Positions 12,690-25,230 are shown, counted from the whole stretch's first letter. The stretch is DNA of 63,447 nucleotides, filler included, from Octopus bimaculoides (GCF_001194135.2; 6 parts of 6 records of this genome joined end to end with filler, not necessarily neighbours in it), one strand, 5' to 3'. Notes: a model not told the origin generated them from the letters alone. Made by a program: numbers and translations.

Positions 12690-14160
12690 AACAATGTTCT
12701 TTCTCTCTACAAGAGGAGGTGGGGTAGATGTAGATGATCAGTATTCTACAGTGAAGCAAAGATGAGTACAGGTAACCAGAGTCAATGTTGAATTCTGCAA
12801 CTCTGTTAACTCTTAAGTACGTTTGCAAATATATAAACAAAAGTTTAGATGCTGCAACAGACACTCTTATGCACAATGGCAGTCAGCAGATGAATAAGAA
12901 TGATGAAGTTGCACAGCATGACAGAGGAAGATACATCAGTACCAATGAGGCTTTTTGGTGCATATTCAATTTTCCCATTCATAAGAGCCATCATTCATCT
13001 GAGTGTCCATCTAGAGGGTGGCCATTTAGAAAATGATGAGCATTGGGACGTTGCATTGACTGAAGCATCAGTATCAGATTCTTCAAGGAAACTCTAACCT
13101 TTTTGCAATTATACTGAACATGTGTCAACTTGGCAGTCCCCTACAGCTTTGGATGAAACACCGGGAGGACATGGCTGAGGACTTGAAGTATGCAGTTCAA
13201 CAGGCAAACGCCGATATCAATATTTAGTTCTCTGAAACAAATTTTAATCAACCACTGATTGAAATTGAAGATCAAGTTTTTGGCCATGGGAGGCAAAAAT
13301 TTGCAAGAGTATAGCTCTGGACTGCCAAGAACAAACCGTCAAATTAGTGATTTAACTTCAAGAGAGATAGTAAGAGAGACATATTATGACATCACAGATT
13401 TGGCTGCATTTGTGAATGAACATGAACCAAAAATTCTTTCAGAAAAACGCTGTGCATATGATAAAATTACTTCGTCAGAGAAAATAGCGAAGGGATTTTC
13501 TTTCTTGATGCTCCTGGTGGTACAGGTAAAACATTTGTAATAACATTGTTTCTCTCCGGTTGCTGTAGTATTGTCCGATTTTGCTGCCACCATTCTCCCA
13601 GGAGAACGAACAGCTCATTCTGCTTCTAAATTACCGCTAAACCTGGTCACAAATGACAGTCCAATGAGCAAAGTTTCAGGTTCAGCAGAAGTGCTGTGCC
13701 AATGCCACTTGATCATTTGGGGTGAATGCACCATGTCACATAGAGGTACAATAGAAGCTGTTGATAAGACCTTACAAGACATAAGAGGCAACAATAAATC
13801 TATGGGTGGAGTTACATTAGTTTTATCAGGAGACTTCAGACATGCATTACCGATCATTCCGAGACGAACAAGATTTGATGAAATAAAAGCATGCATTAAG
13901 TTTTCACACCCGTGGAATAAAATACAGAAATTCCCCTTCAATGGGGACAAATGTGCAGAACAGTTTTCAACCTGGCTTCTCCAATTAGGAAATGGAAAAG
14001 TACCATTTGATGGGAATGGTGATATCAATTTGGCTTATATTGCTATTATGGTGAATTCCCCACCTGAATTGAAGAACAGGGTATTTCCAGACTTAAATAA
14101 TAATTATAATTCACATAAATGGTTGTGTGAAAGGGCAATTCTTGCTCCAAAAGATAAGAC
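12690..14160 (+). pseudogene. Helitron RepHel fragment (Rep C-terminus plus PIF1-like helicase), frameshifted
   Basis: VEFCNSV..LKYVCKYINK, GRYISTNEAFWCIFNFPIH, FLDAPGGTGKTF (Walker A), RTAHSASKLPLNL, LIIWGECTM, LVLSGDFRHALPII, WLCERAILAPK. Confidence 0.92.
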
Positions 14161-14529
14161 ATGTATATATTGGTATCTATACGCAAAAATTTATCGGTAT
14201 GTAAATGTATTTTTCGCTTATATATTGTCGATATATCTCTGCTTAGGGGTGTAAAGTAATCTTTATTATAGAGCAGGCAATCTTAAGATATAGGATTATC
14301 CGAAATTTTGTAAATCTGCTCATTACCTCGCATTCGACCTTAGGTTATAAATAGAGAACAAATTTAGAGTGGATTGTAGGTATTTGACATCTACTTCTAA
14401 CGCATAAGCGCTGGCATTTCAGTGCCCTTAGTTATAATTATATCTTTATAATTATATACATAAAAATTAATTTCACCGATATGGTCGTTTTTTATACGCT
14501 AGCCACTGATATAATCATTTTAATGATTA

Positions 14530-14640
14530 CATCCTCAATATATATATATATATAACAGAGAGAGATTCTGTACGTTTGTGTGTTTGTTCGTTTGTTTGTC
14601 TACCAAAACGAAAGTGAATGGTTCAAGGGAAGCTATTATG
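14530..14640 (+). mobile_element. Helitron-like 5' end fragment
   Basis: ATATAACAGAGAGAGATTCTGTACGTTTGTGTGTTTGTTCGTTTGT closely matches the start of the 15500-16145 element. Interrupted by (TATC)n and (TTA)n. Confidence 0.55.
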
Positions 14641-14642
14641 TA

Positions 14643-14729
<87 letters not shown>

Positions 14730-15428
14730 GTTCAGTAGTTTTATTTTTATAACGTGCTTTCTCTTCACTACCGAGCGCAGCTATGTGTACCTTGGGTATG
14801 TGCTGTTGTTTGCTGTGATGCTCTTATGGTTACTGTATTGAAAGTGTTTTGCGTAGGATGTATGCAGTGCCCAGTAGTGCAATTTCTTGTATGTTATATA
14901 TATTTGTAAGTCCTGGTGTTTTTGTTATGTATTTNNNNNNNNNNNNNNNNNNNNNNNNNNNNNNNNNNNNNNNNNNNNNNNNNNNNNNNNNNNNNNNNNN
15001 NNNNNNNNNNNNNNNNNNNNNNNNNNNNNNNNNNNNNNNNNNNNNNNNNNNNNNNNNNNNNNNNNNNNNNNNNNNNNNNNNNNNNNNNNNNNNNNNNNNN
15101 NNNNNNNNNNNNNNNNNNNNNNNNNNNNNNNNNNNNNNNNNNNNNNNNNNNNNNNNNNNNNNNNNNNNNNNNNNNNNNNNNNNNNNNNNNNNNNNNNNNN
15201 NNNNNNNNNNNNNNNNNNNNNNNNNNNNNNNNNNNNGTATTGATACATCAATTAGAAAGCATTTTTTTTCTTCATGATCTTTGACAACTATATCTGGTCT
15301 ATTTTCCTTAATTTCTCTATCTGTGTGTTTTGGCATATCCCAGAGTATGGTTGCTTTCTCGTTTTCTGTGACCTTTTCTGGCGTGTGTTTATACCATCTT
15401 TTTTCAGTTGTTATTCCATAGTGTTGGC

Positions 15429-15429
<1 letters not shown>
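14730..15429 (-). mobile_element. R4/Dong-like RLE LINE 3' fragment inside a (TTA)n array
   Basis: HTDREIKENRPDIVVKDHEEKKCFLIDVSI (PD-D/ExK endonuclease) and IQEIALLGTAYILRKTLSIQ*. (TTA)n on both sides. Confidence 0.88.
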
Positions 15430-15499
<70 letters not shown>

Positions 15500-15503
<4 letters not shown>

Positions 15504-16145
15504 CATATATAACAGAGAGATTCTGTTAGTTTGTGTTTGTTCGTTTGTACAAAATTATGCAATGGTACAACACTAATTGTGCACAAACCTATAAGGAACT
15601 GCATTGAGGCAAATATTCACACTGGTTGTGGTAAAGGTAACACTGTCTTCGTTCCTTGCATACCAGTTATACCATCTAATGTTCCATTCCAGTTTAAGTC
15701 GTTACAGTTTCCTATCCCACTTTCTTTTGCCATGAGCATTAATAAAGCTTAGGACTAAACACTAAAAGTTGCTGGATTGCAACTTGAAGAACAAACAGAA
15801 GTTCGTATATGAAATCCATCTTTTTTGTACTTCAATTATTACATGTATTCCTCTTATATAATACACACATACAGGTCGAGCAAACCTTAATCTGTAGTCG
15901 TAATCTTATCCTGGTTCAGACTCGAAACTGAATCTTTCAATTCTCCTTGGGCATACGGCCTATTCAAATGTCAAAAGAAATCGTGACAAATGGGTCTTCC
16001 ACTTCACCTGTGGCCTTCTTAGTGTCATCGCAATCAAGGGGATTCCGTAAAGCTCTCCTATATGATATACCCATTTTTGTAGCTTCTCGGGGCCCGAGAA
16101 ACAGCAAAAGTAATTACCCGATCAATGACGGGTATTACTGCTAGT
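15500..16145 (+). mobile_element. Internally deleted Helitron with both termini
   Basis: 5' end ATATAACAGAGAGATTCTG joined to helicase C-terminus KLCNGTTL...FQFKSLQFPIPLSFAMSINKA. 3' hairpin TACCCG/CGGGTA (16115-16134), then CTAGT (16141-16145). Confidence 0.82.
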
Positions 16146-16303
16146 NNNNNNNNNNNNNNNNNNNNNNNNNNNNNNNNNNNNNNNNNNNNNNNNNNNNNNN
16201 NNNNNNNNNNNNNNNNNNNNNNNNNNNNNNNNNNNNNNNNNNNNNNNNNNNNNNNNNNNNNNNNNNNNNNNNNNNNNNNNNNNNNNNNNNNNNNNNNNNN
16301 NNN

Positions 16304-16349
<46 letters not shown>

Positions 16350-16646
16350 CACATAGACTTTGAACAAATGCACAGGCCTATTTCAAAACACTTTGAAGCA
16401 CAATAGTCGAATGTGTCAAACTGGTCTTTTTTCTTAACAATTTAAAACAAACGCTGAAGGAAAAGTACACGAGCAGTAGTAGCAGTAACAGTGGTGGTGC
16501 TGTTAGTAGTAGTAGCAGTAGTAATTATTGTTATAGCAGTAGTAGTAGTAATTTTGTAATAGTAATTCCCCTTTTTCTTCCTTTACATTATCATCTACTG
16601 CTGCTGCTGCTGCCTAACTACTACAACTACTACAACTACAACTACA

Positions 16647-16713
<67 letters not shown>

Positions 16714-17717
16714 TTCGTCAGATCCGCCCACCACTTCCTTCTTTTATATTTCACTGTTTGAAAGCCATCAAAAAAGTATTTAAAAATTTTATAACACTTC
16801 CATTTAATAAGGTTTAAATTAATTAAAATGTTTTCATTTTTCCTTCTTTCAAAATTTACTTTGTATAATGATGTTGCTTGTTTGTTTGTTTGTTTGTTCG
16901 TTTGTTTCTCTCTTATTTTCTTCCATATCATTCCTTCTTTCTTTCCTCTTTCCTTTTCATAATTCTCNNNNNNNNNNNNNNNNNNNNNNNNNNNNNNNNN
17001 NNNNNNNNNNNNNNNNNNNNNNNNNNNNNNNNNNNNNNNNNNNNNNNNNNNNNNNNNNNNNNNNNNNNNNNNNNNNNNNNNNNNNNNNNNNNNNNNNNNN
17101 NNNNNNNNNNNNNNNNNNNNNNNNNNNNNNNNNNNNNNNNNNNNNNNNNNNNNNNNNNNNNNNNNNNNNNNNNNNNNNNNNNNNNNNNNNNNNNNNNNNN
17201 NNNNNNNNNNNNNNNNNNNNNNNNNNNNNNNNNNNNNNNNNNNNNNNNNNNNNNNNNNNNNNNNNNNNNNNNNNNNNNNNNNNNNNNNNNNNNNNNNNNN
17301 NNNNNNNNNNNNNNNNNNNNNNNNNNNNNNNNNNNNNNNNNNNNNNNNNNNNNNNNNNNNNNNNNNNNNNNNNNNNNNNNNNNNNNNNNNNNNNNNNNNN
17401 NNNNNNNNNNNNNNNNNNNNNNNNNNNNNNNNNNNNNNNNNNNNNNNNNNNNNNNNNNNNNNNNNNNNNNNNNNNNNNNNNNNNNNNNNNNNNNNNNNNN
17501 NNNNNNNNNNNNNNNNNNNNNNNNNNNNNNNNNNNNNNNNNNNNNNNNNNNNNNNNNNNNNNNNNNNNNCTCTCTCTCGCTCTCTCTTTCTTCTCTCAAA
17601 CAGGATAGCAATTTTTTTTTTGTCATAATTTTCACTTGAAGTCAGATTGTCAAAGTTGTAATAATATAAATATATTGAGAAACAAAATCAAAGAAAAAAA
17701 AAACTCCAACAAAAATC

Positions 17718-17748
17718 ACCACCACCATCACCATCACCACCGTCGTCG

Positions 17749-17814
<66 letters not shown>

Positions 17815-17836
17815 CCATCATCATCGTCATCATCAT
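17718..17836. repeat. (CAC)/(CAT)n microsatellite
   Basis: Direct reading. Source of the poly-His, poly-Met and poly-Asp ORFs. Confidence 0.95.
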
Positions 17837-18252
17837 GGACAACAATAGTAGAAATATCATCAATGGCGATTGAAGAAGAAAACAATATATATGTATATAT
17901 ACAATAACAAAATGCACAACATCAACCAGTACCAAAACCACAATATTTGCGATAATAGAAAACGCAACAACAACAACAGTAGCAATAACTTAACTGAGTG
18001 AACTTCCTGCGAGGGCCAATGTTGATAATAAACATCGCCTAAGATACATGATAAACACTAGCATTGTTTGTTGTCGATAGCTTTCAACAATTGTTTACTT
18101 CGGGTCATCATTTATTGATCCGTTGATTAAAAACACTTCTTTTTTTTTTTTATCGCTGCTTATTTTATTTTATTTTATTTTATGATTTAATGTATTCTGT
18201 GGTGTTTCATATCTCTGCTCATGTATGTATGCATGCATGCATGTATGTATGC

Positions 18253-18283
<31 letters not shown>

Positions 18284-18749
18284 TGTATGTATGTATGTAT
18301 GTATGTGTGTATGTATGTATGTATGTATGGATGGATGTATGTATGCATGTATGTATGTATACATGTATGTATGTATGTTTGTATGTATAAACGTATGTAT
18401 GTATTTATAAACAATTTTCGTGATTGATAATAAATTCTCATATATTCNNNNNNNNNNNNNNNNNNNNNNNNNNNNNNNNNNNNNNNNNNNNNNNNNNNNN
18501 NNNNNNNNNNNNNNNNNNNNNNNNNNNNNNNNNNNNNNNNNNNNNNNNNNNNNNNNNNNNNNNNNNNNNNNNNNNNNNNNNNNNNNNNNNNNNNNNNNNN
18601 NNNNNNNNNNNNNNNNNNNNNNNNNNNNNNNNNNNNNNNNNNNNNNNNNNNNNNNNNNNNNNNNNNNNNNNNNNNNNNNNNNNNNNNNNNNNNNNNATAT
18701 AGATGTATGTATAAATACACACATATATGTATATATAAATATATATACT

Positions 18750-19122
18750 TTTATTTTTTTCAGTCATCTGACTGCGGCCATGCTGGAGTCCTTTAGTCGA
18801 ACAAATCGACCCCAGGACTTATTCTTTGTAAGCCTAGTACTTATTCTATTGGTCTCTTTTTGCCGACCGTTAGGTTACGGGGACATAAACACACCAACAT
18901 CGGTTGTTAGGCGATGGTGGTGGGGACAAACACAGACACACAAACATATACATATATGTACGATTGGGTCTTCTTTTAGTTTCCCTCTACCAAATCCACT
19001 CACAAGGTTTTGGTCGGCCCGAGGCTATAGTAGAAGACACTTGCCCAAGGTGACACACAGTGGGACTGAACCCGGAAACATGTGGTTGGGAAGCAAGCTT
19101 CTTACCACACAGTCATGTCTGT
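18750..19122 (-). mobile_element. SINE family A, full-length copy
   Basis: 3' half 18750-18945, short internal (CA/TA) tract, head 18960-19122, no gap. Confidence 0.88.
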
Positions 19123-19734
19123 GATGGAAACGTTTTGATGTAGGTGTGTGTGGTGATGTAGTACACTCTTTGTTTGGTCTCATTCAAAGCAAAAATATGA
19201 TTTATCAATTTAGACAATGAATTCAAGCTGATAGCTGTAGTAACTGTACCTGTTGACCTGTCTGCTTCAGACTTCATTGAAGATACTCATGCCTTGAATG
19301 AGATCAAACCAAAGAATGTACTACCCCTCCTTGACTTCTGCAGATTGAATAGCAAATTAGGTCCAACATCACTACGCACACCTCCAGCCCCATATAACTG
19401 CCATTCCATCCTCTCTTTCCATAACCTTCCTCTCCTCCCCACCAAATACACAGAAATACCCACATAACTCAATCAACCTTCTCACTAGTCAAAAGGGATA
19501 AAGAACCCTCGGTTAAGCACCCATTAATGCTATACCACCTGAAGAAATGACTCCATGAAGATGATCAACCCAATGCCTATGGATACTATGGACTACACTA
19601 TAATCATCCACGGAATATGGACTGTTATCTTAAGAGACATGTAATTTGTGGAAACTCGCTTAGCGAAGCATTAAAATATTTATAAATTCCATCCAAGGAT
19701 TATTGTTATTATTACTATGTATGTATGTATGTAC

Positions 19735-19765
<31 letters not shown>

Positions 19766-19954
19766 CATATATATATCAATTTAAATAATAAGGGTGAAAA
19801 ATTGAATATTAATTTGATTAATATCAATTTAAAACCAGTGGTCTAGCATATTGAAAAATCTGAAGATTCAGAAAAATTATATTACATACATATAAGAGGG
19901 ATGATCACTAAGTGGACATCCATTATGCTAGAAGAAGACCACCTATGGTCTGAT

Positions 19955-20045
19955 CACTAAGAAAAGATTGTTCTCAAGAAAATTCAGCAAACGCCAGAAT
20001 GTATAATGTTTGCTGAATTTTATTGAGAACAATCTCTTCTTAGTG
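19955..20045. repeat. 38-bp inverted repeat (2 mismatches), 15-nt loop
   Basis: CACTAAGAAAAGATTGTTCTCAAGAAAATTCAGCAAAC (19955-19992) versus GTTTGCTGAATTTTATTGAGAACAATCTCTTCTTAGTG (20008-20045). Confidence 0.92.
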
Positions 20046-20089
20046 GTTATACATTCAAATTATTTATTAATTGTTATAATGTGAATATT

Positions 20090-21163
20090 TGATATTTAGT
20101 AGACGTGCCCTTTCCAATTCTCATTTCAGAGACCCTAACTGATCAGATGACGAATATTTTCTTGCGGAATTTCTTGCCAAGTTTCATGCAATAATCTCAA
20201 AAGATCTGGGTTTGTAGACGCTTTCTTGTTTTTTTTTTATGAAGTGTCCTGTTCATTATGTCCTAGAAGTATCCAATAGGGTTCATATCTGGTGATTGGC
20301 TTGGCCAAGAAAGCTTTTTAATGCCGTTCTCATCTAACAAATCTTGGGTCATTTTAGCCGTGTAACAAGGAGCCCCATCTTCCATAAATAAATAGTCCTC
20401 TTTAATTATTTCACCACTGGAGAAGATTGGAAGGAGTCTTTTCCGCAATATGGACACATATTTATCTGAGTTTATGTTTCCCTCATACTTTACCAGCTGT
20501 GATCAACCATTGCTCCAAATTGCTCTCGAGACCATCACAGAATAGCTGCCTTATTTCATTGTTGGCTGCAATCTTTTCACATCAAATTCTTGATCACAGA
20601 GTCTAACCACTGTTAGGAAGTACAAATCTGGACACATCAGAGAATATGGCAGTGTCCCAAAATGCTAGTGGCTTCTCCATCATCTCACTGGCCCAATCTT
20701 TTCTTCACTTGATGGTCGAAGAAGTGACTTCCTTCTTGCTGCTCTGCCATAGTAGCCAGGTTTGTGGAGATATCTGACAGCTGTTCTGTGACTGACATCA
20801 ACTTGCTCTGCTATGTCAGAGGCGTTGCAACAAGGATTATCCTCCACAATTCTCTTGGCAAAGAGAAGGGTCCTGTCAGATGGCACTAGTTGATCTGGAC
20901 GAGGCGATGTGGACTCCTTCCCTTCTCTGTAGAAAGCGAGATCCTAAGGTTTTCTGAGATTTTACGCTATGTCCACCTTCAGAATGACCTACAATACGGC
21001 ATCTTTGAAATTCAGACAGTTCCAAGGCTTCTTTTGTACATGGCATGATTAAACTGTCACATATAGAACCTGAAACATAAAAATGTCAATAAAAAATATC
21101 AACTAGAATAAACATAGAACGATGTTTTATGGGGTGTCGATTTACTTCTGTTATGTATGCGTA
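20090..21163 (-). mobile_element. Tc1-family DNA transposon, degenerate
   Basis: ATG at 21046: MPCTKEALELSEFQRCRIVGHSEGGHS. Also DVSHRTAVRYLHKPGYYGRAARRK and YLFMEDGAPCYTAK...WPSQSPDMNPI. One TIR-like end at 21131-21163; the other end is not found. Confidence 0.9.
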
Positions 21164-21304
21164 TATATAGTTAGAAGTTAATACATAAGACAAAGTTCAC
21201 TATTTACTTTTTAAAAAATGTTAGTGATTTCGAAATCTGATTTTTCAACGATGCCGATGTCAAGCTGTATCGTCCTTTGAAACAAACAAATACTACTTGG
21301 ACAA

Positions 21305-21530
21305 ATATTCTTTTCTACTCTAGGCACAAGGCCCGAAATTTTTGGGGAGGGAGCCAGTCGATTAGATCGACCCGGAAAGGATGAAAGGCAAAGTCGACCA
21401 AGGTATCTTGTCTAAAACTAACAATTCCTTCAGTCCACCACCATGGACTGATTCTTTTATTGACCCTGAAGGTAATGTTGACCTTGATGGGATTTGAACA
21501 CAGATGGCAGAGAGCCAAAGTGTTTTACTC
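21305..21530 (-). mobile_element. tRNA-derived SINE family B fragment, rearranged
   Basis: TCTAGGCACAAGGCCCGAAATTTTTGGGG...GTCGATTAGATCGACCC...GGATGAAAGGCAAAGTCGACC and GGATTTGAAC (B box on the minus strand). Distinct from family A. Confidence 0.6.
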
Positions 21531-21581
21531 TGTGCTCTAAAATGCTTTAGATATGTAGTTGTTGAGGCCCACAGCCTCAAC

Positions 21582-22250
21582 AACTTCGTTCCCAAACCAC
21601 CTTCATTATATTTATTGAATAAACTCTGTATATATATATATTTATATTTATATATATACGGGGTGGGATATTTGAAGAGCATACTAATTAAAAAAATAAT
21701 AATCTGTTACGAAATTCAGATATCATATTGGCGGTGNNNNNNNNNNNNNNNNNNNNNNNNNNNNNNNNNNNNNNNNNNNNNNNNNNNNNNNNNNNNNNNN
21801 NNNATATATATATATATATATATATACGAACGGCTTCTTTCAGTTTCCGCCAACCAAATCTACTTACAAGTCTTTGGTCGGCCCGAGGCTATAGTAGAAG
21901 ATACTTGCTCAAGGTGCTACGCAGTGAGTCTGAACCCGGAACCATGTGGTTGGGATGCAAGCTTCTTAGGGGTTTTACACAGTTTCTGTGTTCCAAATTA
22001 GTTCACAAGGCTCGCGACTATAGTAGAAGAGACTGCCACGCAGTGGAACTGAACCCGAAACTACGCTTCTTAACCTCACAGCCATGCCTACGCCTTGCCC
22101 TGCTACCGCCAATATGATATCTGAATTTCGTAACAGATTATTATTTTTTAAATTAGTATGCTCTTCAAATATCCCACCCCGCATATATATAAATATATAT
22201 ATACAAAGTTTATTCAATAAATATAATGAAGGTGGTTTGGGAACGAAGTT
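21582..22250. repeat. About 150-bp near-identical inverted repeat flanking a gap and SINE heads
   Basis: 21582-21735 is the reverse complement of 22105-22250 (both ORFs read YIQSLFNKYNEGGLGTK). Confidence 0.9.
21826..22095 (-). mobile_element. SINE family A head plus a second, more degenerate head in tandem
   Basis: GGCTATAGTAGAAG...TGAACCCGGAACC (21826-21968) repeated as GACTATAGTAGAAG...TGAACCCGAAAC (21975-22095). Confidence 0.75.
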
Positions 22251-24153
22251 TTTAGTTTTCTTCTATAGTTTGTTATGCAAAATGTAAACCAAACTCTAAC
22301 TGCTGTTCTTGTTCTGACAGGCATTGGTGTCAAAACACAGAATAACATAAATTGTTTTCCCGTTTTCATCTCCCAGAAATTATGTGTTTAAGGAGAAAGG
22401 GGTGAGACATAAATAATTGAATTTTCATAAAATATTAGAAAATTATTCTATCTCTGTTGAAACTTTTCCTTACCCATTCATACTTGCTTCCTTTCCGTAT
22501 GACACGATCCAACCTCAGATGTTATTATGAGCAGAATTGAACCTGTTTCCCACGAATCTAAAGTCCGGAACTTTAACAAACAGACCATGTTTACATCAAT
22601 AATATAAACACGTATTTTTCGATAGTTTTTACTCTTTGTTTTCTAGTCGCTAGCCATTTATCGAGAATGATTGGAATTTCACATTTTCCAGACACTTTAT
22701 TTTCCAATCTCTCTCACACTTATTCACCTACCCGGACCTCACCGAAAAGCTCTACTACTTGACAATGTGACAACGCACTGGTCTTTTCACTTAAAATAAT
22801 ATTTAAAAATACAAGAAAAAGTTTAAAAAATCGATTAGCCAGGTCAAGGTGATAATAGTTTATCGAAAAATGTTTCGGTATCTTTCACGGTTTCGGTAAA
22901 ATTATGTATTAAATCGAAGATGGCTGAATAGAAGTGGCAATTCTTTAGTGAAAGTGGGCAGATTTGGCGGCTGAATAAATCTATGATCGTTTCGTGCGGT
23001 TTTATCTGGTGCCATTTCTATAGCTGCCGTTGGACGGAGAAAGAGAGGAAAGGTGAGGATTGAACTGATGATGTAGTTAGCGCTATATGCTTTGAGATGT
23101 ATCATCTGACATAACACATTGCTTGGAATTTCATTGAATTACAATGACAGTGCCACCTCGTGGCCAACATACATACATACACACATACACACATGCATAC
23201 ATACATACATACATACATACAAACATACTTTAAAATATACATGTACACACTTATAAGTACACGTATACAAAGAAATATCCTTTGTGAACACTCACATACA
23301 AACACACACACACATGCATTCACACACACGCACATACACACACACATCAGATATACAGTCATACAGTTACCGCTTATATACCCATATGCAGAGATTCAAA
23401 CAGGCATACATACACATATGCATACACACGCATACACACATGCGCAATCACTTTCACGCGTATATACAGCACAAACATTTAGAATACTAGATCAACACAA
23501 ATATACACATTCATGCATGCAAACACTCATAAACAGATACACACATATTTATGTAAATGCATCGTTCACACCATTGTAAACTTATATATGCACACACACA
23601 CACACACACATACACACACACACACATGTTTAAACAATCACACACGCACACATACATACATCTCTCTCACCATCACACATTCGCACATGCAATAATTCTT
23701 AAAACATAGTTCCACATATACCACATATACAGAGACTAACACGCACATATACATACATGCATACATACATACATACATACATACCTACATACATACACAA
23801 ACACATACATATATACATATAAACACGTACATGCATACGTGCATGCATGCATATATTTATACATACATGCAAACAAATACATACATACGTACATTTATAT
23901 ATACATACATACTTACAAACATACACACAAACATTTGTATACATACATTTATACATAAAATCGTGCATACAAGCATACATACCCCCTCCCCCAGACATCC
24001 ACGCACATTCTCACGCGTCCACTCTCTCCCCACCTTTCCAAACACGCACATATATGTAGATATGTCTAATTTCGTTAGAATTCGTTTTCTGATCTTTGAT
24101 TGAAATCTTAAGTCATTGCGATACATTTGAAGTCGTAATACTGCTTATAACTA

Positions 24154-24836
24154 GTGGTGGTGGTGGTGGAGTTGTAATGTTGGGGGCGTTGTGGTGGTGG
24201 TGGTGGAGTTGTAATGTTGGGGGCGTTGTGGTGGTGGTGGTGGNNNNNNNNNNNNNNNNNNNNNNNNNNNNNNNNNNNNNNNNNNNNNNNNNNNNNNNNN
24301 NNNNNNNNNNNNNNNNNNNNNNNNNNNNNNNNNNNNNNNNNNNNNNNNNNNNNNNNNNNNNNNNNNNNNNNNNNNNNNNNNNNNNNNNNNNNNNNNNNNN
24401 NNNNNNNNNNNNNNNNNNNNNNNNNNNNNNNNNNNNNNNNNNNNNNNNNNNNNNNNNNNNNNNNNNNNNNNNNNNNNNNNNNNNNNNNNNNNNNNNNNNN
24501 NNNNNNNNNNNNNNNNNNNNNNNNNNNNNNNNNNNNNNNNNNNNNNNNNNNNNNNNNNNNNNNNNNNNNNNNNNNNNNNNNNNNNNNNNNNNNNNNNNNN
24601 NNNNNNNNNNNNNNNNNNNNNNNNNNNNNNNNNNNNNNNNNNNNNNNNNNNNNNNNNNNNNNNNNNNNNNNNNNNNNNNNNNNNNNNNNNNNNNNNNNAG
24701 TGGTGGTGGTGGTGGAGTTGTAATGTTGGGGGCGTTGTGGTGGTGGTGGTGGAGGAGTTGTAATGTTGGGGGCGTTGTGGTGGTGGTGGTGGTGTTGTAA
24801 TGTTGGGGGCGTTGTGGTGGTGGTGGTGGTGGCGTT
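24154..24836 (+). repeat. G-rich minisatellite, unit about 37 bp, gap inside
   Basis: GTTGTAATGTTGGGGGCGTTGTGGTGGTGGTGGTGGA repeated on both sides of the gap, with variable TGG count. Confidence 0.92.
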
Positions 24837-24929
24837 TTGATAGCAGTGGCGTTGTCTGTCGAAATTAATGGGAGCATGGTGTTGCTAATAGTAGCTGTGG
24901 TGATGATGATCATTGTAATAGTAGTTGTA

Positions 24930-25076
24930 ATAGTGGTAGTAGTAGTAGTAGCAGCAACATCAGTAGCAGTAGTAGTAGTACTAGTAGTAGTTGCAGTGGT
25001 AGTTGCAGTGGTCGTCGTCGTTGTTATGGTCGTCGATGTCGTAGTAATGGTAGTAGTAATAGTGCTAGTAGTCGTG

Positions 25077-25142
<66 letters not shown>

Positions 25143-25147
25143 ATGAA

Positions 25148-25187
<40 letters not shown>

Positions 25188-25230
25188 GTAGTAGTAGTAG
25201 TAGTAGGGAAGTAATAGTGATAATAGTAGG
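24930..25230. repeat. Compound (TAG)n/(TTA)n microsatellite
   Basis: Direct reading. Confidence 0.92.

Noticed and set aside
17636-17848. Poly-His ORF
   Set aside because: (CAT)n microsatellite; comparable homopolymer ORFs occur in other frames and on the other strand.
24113-24913. Thr/Pro/His-rich mucin-like ORF
   Set aside because: Translation of the 37-bp minisatellite across a gap; the unit is not a multiple of 3.
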